Source: Antedon mediterranea
Lineage: Eukaryota > Animalia > Echinodermata
Direction of reading: 5' to 3'
Length of the DNA stretch: 64,000 bases
Assembly: GCF_964355755.1 (NCBI RefSeq)
Contig: NC_092679.1
Coordinates: 5,362,201 to 5,426,200 of the forward strand
The notes under the pieces were generated by a model, which was given only the letters and a program-made list of their open reading frames with translations, did not search any database and was not told where the DNA came from. Both the position numbers and the translations under genes were made by a program. How positions within the stretch are numbered: position 1 is the stretch's first letter; each line of letters starts with the position of its first letter. Below are positions 56,004-64,000 of the stretch, piece after piece.

Positions 56004-56974
56004 TGTATATCTTCTCAAACTAAACTGTGACGCTGTAAATCTTTTGTGCTTATTTATGATGCTTAGTCTGTTAATTTACATATAGGCTCTTCCAATGGAC
56101 TTCTATAACATTAATGGTTATTATGATAAAATGAGATCTAAATTTTAAATTAACGACAGAAAAAAACATTTAGCATGAAATTAAGAGTGTTGCCGCCCCC
56201 GGAATGGATTACCCGATTAATCCTGTCCCATTTCGCATTCTTATTTAAATTGTGGTATATATTTATTGTTCAAAAGAATCAAGCGATAGAGTAGTCTAAA
56301 CAATAGTATGTCAGTCTCGCCTTAGCCATAAGGATAATTTTACCGATTAGGAATTCTTTGATTATAATTGATTGAAGTTAAAGACTATAGAGACTAAAGA
56401 CGGTAGGGCATAGCAAACGTTACCTAGGTTGTACATTTCGTTTGGAAAAAGTCTGGTAAGTATGTTTGCATCGTTTCAAATCAATTGCAAAGAAGTACTA
56501 AGGCCTATTGACAGTTAATAACGAGTTTACCAATGACAAGCGGTAATCCTGACAAGCGACAGAGTTAGATTGGTCAACTCACTTGTGTTGTGCTATACGT
56601 CCTTTCCTTGTGGGACCCATGCCTTAGATTTTATATGATTTTAAAAATAGGGTATTTTCAAATGAAAGTTACAGTTGTTAGGATCAGGTGCCGTTTTCGG
56701 CCACCTCGACTTATATGGACTATACCATTATTATGATAGGGGTGTGGTGTATTAGGTTTTATGTAGAGAAGGGTGTCTATTGAACGGGAAGACTATACAA
56801 TTGTTCTGTTATGAACATACAGTACAAACAACAAGGAACAATACAGAACATCAAAAACTAGCAAGCATATACTTTTTATAAGGCATGTTATTAGTAGGTA
56901 GTATACTGTGTTACGGAATGCCTTGTAACAATATTACTATATTAACTAGGCCTGGTAGGTATACTTACTTACTA

Positions 56975-57380
56975 TATAAAAACTAAACTAAACACTACAG
57001 TATAATCAAAATTAAAACATATTAAATACTATGTTATGCCTATCTGAATATAAACACATTAAATTTTAGTACAATCGGATTCTAAATTAGAAAATCTTAA
57101 ATACAACTACAATACAATCGGAATTAAAACATGTTAAACTACAATGCAACTAAATACTACAGCAAAATCGAAATCAAAACATGTTAAACTTCAAAATAAA
57201 CTAAACTAAATAGTACAATCGGAATTAAAACATCCTAAATACTACAATACAATCGAAATTAAAACATGTTAAACTACAAAATAACTAAACTAAATATCAC
57301 AATCGGAATTAAAAAATCTTAAATACTACAGTACTTTCGATATTAAAATATCCTAAATAATACATACATTACAATCGGTT
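56975..57380. repeat. Degenerate AT-rich tandem array (about 35-48-bp units)
   Basis: Recurring TACAATCGGAATTAAAACAT(G/C)..AAA(C/T)TAC motif about 9 times. Confidence 0.75.
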
Positions 57381-58723
57381 AAATTTCCTACACTCTATAA
57401 TGTTGTGAAATATGTAAAAGAATGTTGGCAAATGGATTCTAATCGGCCCAATCCTATCGGTAGATTAATCGTATTTTTTATTTACAAGGGATAAATCCCA
57501 ACAACATGGGTTTGCACCCAAGAACCTGACATCGGACGAGCATAATTGAAGATTCATTGACATAATTATATGTTTCTTGTTTTACTGATCACCTGATACA
57601 TTTACATTTAATGTTAAATGTAAATAAATGAAACGAATGTAGACACAGAAACAAAATGGTAACAGATTCATTAACGTAAAATTACCGTAAAATTAACGTA
57701 ATTATATGTATTTTTGTTTACGACGACTCGGCTATAGTTGGACTTATAACAACGATTATTCTATGTACCTTTATGGCAAGCCTCAGCTGTCTGAAGTATT
57801 CAAAATATTATATTATTATATCATTTTTTTATTATATTATATATTGTATTGTAATGAATTATACGTTTTGCATTATATTACTTGGTTTAAGCATTATATT
57901 ATATCTATTTCTAATATATTATGTGAAAAATGTAACAAATTATTGACTTTTTGTATTATATTATTTGGTTTTAGCATTATATTATGAACATTTAATATTA
58001 TATTATTAATAAAATACATTATATTATAATATAATTGTATTATATTAAACGCATTTACTTTACTTTATAACATACAACATTATTATATTATACGGATTCG
58101 TTAGTTATATTATTATTTTGTATGATGTTTATTATACGTCACGGCTTATTTTAGTTCTTCTAACTCTTTCTCTCCCTCCCCCTGTTCACTAGCAATCAGC
58201 GGCCGGCAGAATCTGAATTGTGTGACTGTTGAAGAATAACTACGTACTAGGCCTAGCCTAGGCCTACTAGGGGATCTAATAACCTAGACAAGTGACCAAG
58301 GATCACCGGACAGCTACAACTAATACTACAATACAATAATACTACTACAATAACTACTACTGCTACTACCTAGGCCTAGCTAGTGAGTAGTAGGTAGCTA
58401 CTACTAGGCTCTAGGGCGTATGTATGATGTTAACTGGGCCTAGGCTAGGCCTAGAGGCCTACTAGTACTAGGCTAGGCCTAGACTTAAGTTGTAGTAGGC
58501 TAGGGCCGGGCCTGCTGCCTTAGGCTAGGCTACTACTACTACTACTAGGCAGCCCATGATGGGTACGAGTAAGCCAAAATTTTGGATATATGTAAACCAA
58601 AATTTGGGTACGAGCGTGTTGGCATGGCATGGGTACGGGTTGACCTGTATCCTTCTAGCTAATCGTACTATGCCTAGGCCTCAAGTAAGTCTACGCTACC
58701 CAGTCCGGCTACAATATGGTCTA

Positions 58724-61700
58724 TTGTTTTATAGCTTTATTGATAGCTGGGTTCAAATCTGGGTTGGGACGGCTTTTTCTCATTCTAAAACAGATTTCCT
58801 TATCATAATAAAATAATATATGAATTTATTTGTAATATTGTAATGTATACATAATATAAGTAATTGCCATTGCCTTTATTACTATTAATTATGTATTATA
58901 CGGTTACCCCTTAATTATACTATAGTATAATTTCCTTGTTATATTTTATTCCTAATTCTACAATTTTGTCTTTCACAGCACAAATTTATCATACTGAATC
59001 ATCACACACCAAGTCTCATAAATCTCTACTGTATTTGTCCAAGCTACTCCAGCTACATTGTATTGCCTTGAGGCTAAACTACACGGTATACTGGCACTAC
59101 CATCATTCCTGGCTCGTCAACCAGTACCACATAAGCACAGTTTCAGTTTATTTACCATTTCAATTTCTGAACATAAGAGATGAACAACTTATATGGATGG
59201 ATAACCATAAGAGCGAAGCTCGTTTACTGGTCACCCGTTAGTGCAGTGACATTACAGACAACATAAAGACAGGACAAAGGTGCAATACTTAACAAGACAT
59301 GTGAACACTTGTGTTTGCAACCCCTTGGATAAAATAATATATTTATATAATGGAGAAAGTTAGATATTATATTATTTCTTTTTGATCATACAATGATAAT
59401 TTTTAAATTACTTCTTAAGAAGTCATACTACTGATTCAAAATAGTGACTTACACCCTGTGGTCAAGGCTTTATTTGCTCTTATGCTTATTTCCTCCAACA
59501 TACAGAGTACATAGGACTTTTTTTATTCATAACTGTTGAATTGTTTCCCAATACATAGTACCTATTGGTATTATATCTAAAAATACAAAGGCGGCTAACA
59601 CAGATAGTTCCATATATACAGTACTCTTTTATAAATAAATGTATCTCTCCAAACTACTCCCAACTACCTAATCTAAAAATAGTACTATTAGCATACTACT
59701 ATACACTTTGTAGACAAGAAATAAGTTGTATACACCTACAGGACTTATGGTAGTGCAGTCGATCGCCCTCTCACTGGCCCGGTCAACATAATCTATACCT
59801 AGATTATTACAGTAATTAAAGTACAGTATTACAGAGTTTTTTTTTTGTTGCAGAAATCAAAGTTATGTGTATAGAAAGCAGTACTCGTATTAAAAACTAA
59901 GCAGGTTGCAGGTCTTGAACGCAAACTGGCAGGATATTTTGAATATTTTTTGTTGTTGAAATGATGGAATCCTAACTTCAATTTCCACGAACCCTTTTAT
60001 TTAAATTTATTTGAATAGACCTCCATGTAAACTCATTAAAGGCTACATGATTGTTTTATATTTTAATATGTGATAGTAGAAAATCATTGTGTATAATGAG
60101 GACTATGAATCTGATATTTACTTGCATTCTCATCTTTTTAAATTATTATTTATAATGCCGGTAATGAGTTTAAAATTTAATTATATTGACTATTTTTGAT
60201 AATCATCATGTCCTTATAAATTCATTTATATTTCTTTTGTGTAATATAGTTCATATATTATGTATTAAGTAAATTGGTAAGGCCCTATACTGTTACTATT
60301 TAAGGAAAGTTTATATACACTATTATTTTATGCCTACCAATATTAGTATTAATTGTTTATGTAAATATTTTGTCTAATTGCCTTGATTTTTTGTATAGGC
60401 CAATGGCATCAATGTTTTTCTCAAAGCAAATTAGCCTAATAATGCCACATTTAGACACATGATTCATTGATTTCTGATATTCTGTACTTGTGTATGCATT
60501 ACTAAAATAGTAGTTAATATATTTCATTTATAATGTATGTATAAACATATATTCATATTTTTTTTAACATTTTTAAATTTAAAAATTATTACAATACCTA
60601 TCTACCTTTCTGATATTGTTACTATTATATAATATTCTTTGAGGCAGCAATAAAAAAAAAATTAGAACAATTAATTTGAGTTATACTGTACTATGTTAGT
60701 TCAGGAGATGAAGTGTGTGTGGGCAGAAACTAGTGTGTTGGAGGTTGGTGGTGTGAGGTGTATAGTTGTCACTTTAAGACCTAAATTAGATGTTTTCTGA
60801 AGAAAAGAAGTAAGCGCATACGCTTTCAAACAACAACAAGAAGATTCACACAAAAATAATTACTTTCCAATAAAGTAGTATAACAGTGTATATTACAGTA
60901 CATTGAATAAACTCGAGCGGAATAATAACGCACATAAAAAAACATTCATTTTCTTTTCGAAAAGTGCCCTCTCTAGTTTTCTATTAATTTATTAATAATT
61001 ATTATTAATTAATGAGTAATATGAACATATTTTTAACATTCAATGCTGGAAGCTGGTTCTACTCCTAACAAAGTTTCATATCTCCAAATTTCATCAACGT
61101 ATTCAAAGCACTTCAATATTAAATATCACATTTAACATAAAAATTCGGGTTTTGGATAGAATTTTGCTTAAAAACATATACAAAAAACATCGATAAAAAA
61201 TACTTTTCGTATTCAAAAACATTTGATACTTGGTATAAATGTTCACTATAGGTTGCTCTATTCACAGAAAAAAATTGCATTCATGAACGTTTTTTGTTGG
61301 TTGTTTTTTCGAAATAGTTATTAGCTTGAAAAAAATGAGTTGGAATTGTATGGTCTTTCATAAGTGTACATTTTGTAAAAACGTAAATTTAAAAAATCAG
61401 TGATATGGCTTGATAGTTATTTTTTGTTTGCAATATGGATGGAGCAACCTATATTGAACATTTATACCAAGTATCAAATGTTTTTGAATACGAAAAGTAT
61501 TTTTTATCGATGTTTTTTGTATATGTTTTTAAGCAAAATTATATCCAAAACCTGAATTTGTAATGTTAAATGTAATTTATTTAAGCGCTTTGAATACGTT
61601 GATGAAATTTGGAGATATGAAACTTTGTTAGGCGTAGATACAGTTTCCAGCATTACATTTTAAAAATATGTTTATATTACTCATTAATTAATAATAATTA

Positions 61701-64000
61701 TTAATAAATTAATAGAAAACTAGAGAGGGCACTTTTCGACAAGAAAATGAATGTTTTTTATGTGCGTTATTATTCCGCTCGAGTTTATTCAATGTACTGT
61801 AATTATTATACACTGTTATACTATTTTATTGGAAAGTAATTATTTTTGTGTGAATCTTCTTGGAGTTGTTTGAAGGCGTATCCGCTTACTTCTTTTCTTC
61901 AGAAAACATCTAATTTAGGTCTTAAAGTGCACGACAACTATACACCTCACACCACCAACCTCCAACACACTAGTTTCTGCCCACACACACTTCATCTCCT
62001 GAACTAACATAGTACAGTATAAGTCAAATAAATTTTTTAATTTTTTTTTATTGCTGCCTCAAAAAATATTATATAATAGTAACAATATCAGAAAGGTAGA
62101 TAGGTATTGTAATAATTTTTAAATTTAAAAATGTTAAAAAAAATATGAATATATGTTTATACATACATTATAAATGAAATATATTAACTACTATTTTAGT
62201 AATGCATACACAAGTACAGAATATCAGAAATCAATGAATCATGTGTCTAAATGTGGCATTATTAGGCTAATTTGCTTTGAGAAAAACATTGATGCCATTG
62301 GCCTATACAAAAATCAAGGCAATTAGACAAAATATTTACATAAACAATTAATACTAATATTGGTAGGCATAAAATAATAGTGTATATAAACTTTCCTTAA
62401 ATAATAACAGTATAGGGCCTTACCAATTTATTTAATACATAATATATGAACTATATTACACAAAGAAAGTATAAATGAATTTATAAGGACATGATGATTA
62501 TCAAAAATAGTCAATATAATTAAATTTTAAACTCATTACCGGCATTATATATAATATTTTAAAAAGATAAGAATGCAAGTAAATATCAGATTCATAGTCC
62601 TCATTATACAAAATGATTTCCTACTATCACATATTAAAATAATCATAAAACAATCATGTAGCCTTTAATGACTTTACATGCAGGTCTATTCAAATAAATT
62701 TAAATAAAAGGGTCATAATATGTCTTCGTCTCCAGTTCGTGGAAAGTGAGTTAGGATTCCATCATTTCAACAACAAAAAATATTCAAAATATCCTGCCAG
62801 TTTGCGTTCAAGACCTGCAACCTGCTTAGTTTTTAATACGAGTACTGCTTTCTATACACATAACTTTGATTTCTGCAAAAAAAAAAAAACTCTGTAATAA
62901 TGTACTTTAATTACTGTAATAATCTAGGTATAGATTATGTTGACCGGGCCAGTGAGAGGGCGATCGACTGTACTACCATAAGTCCTGTAGGTGTATACAA
63001 CTTATTTCTTGTCTACAAAGTGTATAGTAGTATGCTAATAGTACTATTATTAGATTAGGTAGTTGGGAGTAGTTTGGAGAGATACATCTATCTATAAAAG
63101 AGTACTGTATATATAGAACTATCTGTGTTAGCCGCCTTTGTATTTTTAGATATAATACCAATAGGTACTATGTATTGGGAAACAATTCAACAGTTATGAA
63201 TAAAAAAAAGTCCTATGTACTCTGTATGTTGGAGGAAATAAGCATAAGAGCAAATAAAGCCTTGACCACAGGGTGTAAGTCACTATTTTGAATCAGTAGT
63301 ATGACTTCTTAAGAAGTAATTTAAAAATTATCATTGTATGATCAAAAAGAAATATTATAATATCTAACTTTCTCCTTTATATAAATATATTATTTTATCC
63401 AAGGGGTTGCAAACACAAGTGTTCACATGTCTTAGTATTGCACCTTTGTCCTGTCTTTATGTTGTCTGTAATGTCACTGCACTAACGGGTGACCGGTAAA
63501 CGAGCTTCGCTCTTACGGTTATCCATCCATATAAGTTGTTCATCTCTTATGTTCAGAAATTGAAATGGTAAATAAACTGAAACTGTGCTTATGTGGTACT
63601 GGTTGACGAGCCAGGAATGATGGTAGTGCCAGTATACCGTATAGTTTAGCCTCAAGGCAATACAATGTAGCTGGAGTAGCTTGGACAAATACAGTAGAGA
63701 TTTATGAGACTTGGTGTGTGATGATTCAGTATGATAAATTTGTGCTGTGAAAGACAAAATTGTAGAATTAGGAATAAAATATAACAAGGAAATTATACTA
63801 TAGTATAATTAAGGGGTAACCGTATAATACATAATTAATAGTAATAAAGGCAATGGCAATTACTTATATTATGTATACATTACAATATTACAAATAAATT
63901 CATATATTATTTTATTATAAGGAAATCTGTTTTAGAATGAGAAAAAGCCGTCCCAACCCAGATTTGAACCCAGCTATCAATAAAGCTATAAAACAAAATA
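58724..64000. repeat. Giant inverted repeat: arms about 58724-61264 and 61437-64000+, about 170-bp spacer
   Basis: Arms are near-exact reverse complements. ORFs 58936+/63482- and 59565+/62973- are almost identical. The right arm runs off the window. Confidence 0.97.

Noticed and set aside
59760-61735. CTCF-like motifs (GGCCAGTGAGAGGGCG, ACTAGAGAGGGCAC) mirrored in the palindrome
   Set aside because: Imperfect matches that cannot be supported without PWM scoring or ChIP.
58936-63787. Duplicated 101-aa and 62-aa ORFs as a paralogous gene pair
   Set aside because: Their identity is explained by the palindrome; TTG starts and no domain signal.

Overview
AT-rich, intron-rich animal genomic DNA. 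It is probably an invertebrate deuterostome such as an echinoderm; this is inferred from gene sequences and repeat types, not proven. Five spliced protein-coding genes can be rebuilt from GT-AG junctions with consistent phases: Six4/5 homeobox (+, 1416-9508), CLASRP (-, 15469-23607), a ninein-like dynein adaptor (+, 27411-37951, head-to-head with CLASRP), an orphan single-pass membrane protein (+, 43178-45032) and an HHIP-like protein with a GPI-type C-terminus (-, 49849-53577). Introns and intergenic DNA hold many non-autonomous elements: TTAA/Kolobok-type MITEs, a CAC...GTG MITE with a 5-bp TSD, tRNA-SINEs, HINE-like repeats, RTE and CR1/L2 LINE scraps, and Penelope remnants with hammerhead motifs. 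The strongest leads are: a >5.2-kb palindrome at the right end that lies downstream of a promoter-like region; a frame-preserving ninein-like exon encoding 7-8 tandem LC8-type QT motifs; 22-29-bp CA...TG hairpins with 7-bp duplications that look like P/Galileo excision footprints; a divergent pair of tRNA-like units, one an intact cloverleaf with anticodon ATC; and TAGGCCTA tracts that sit at gene 5' ends. Coordinates were read by eye and no database searches were run.
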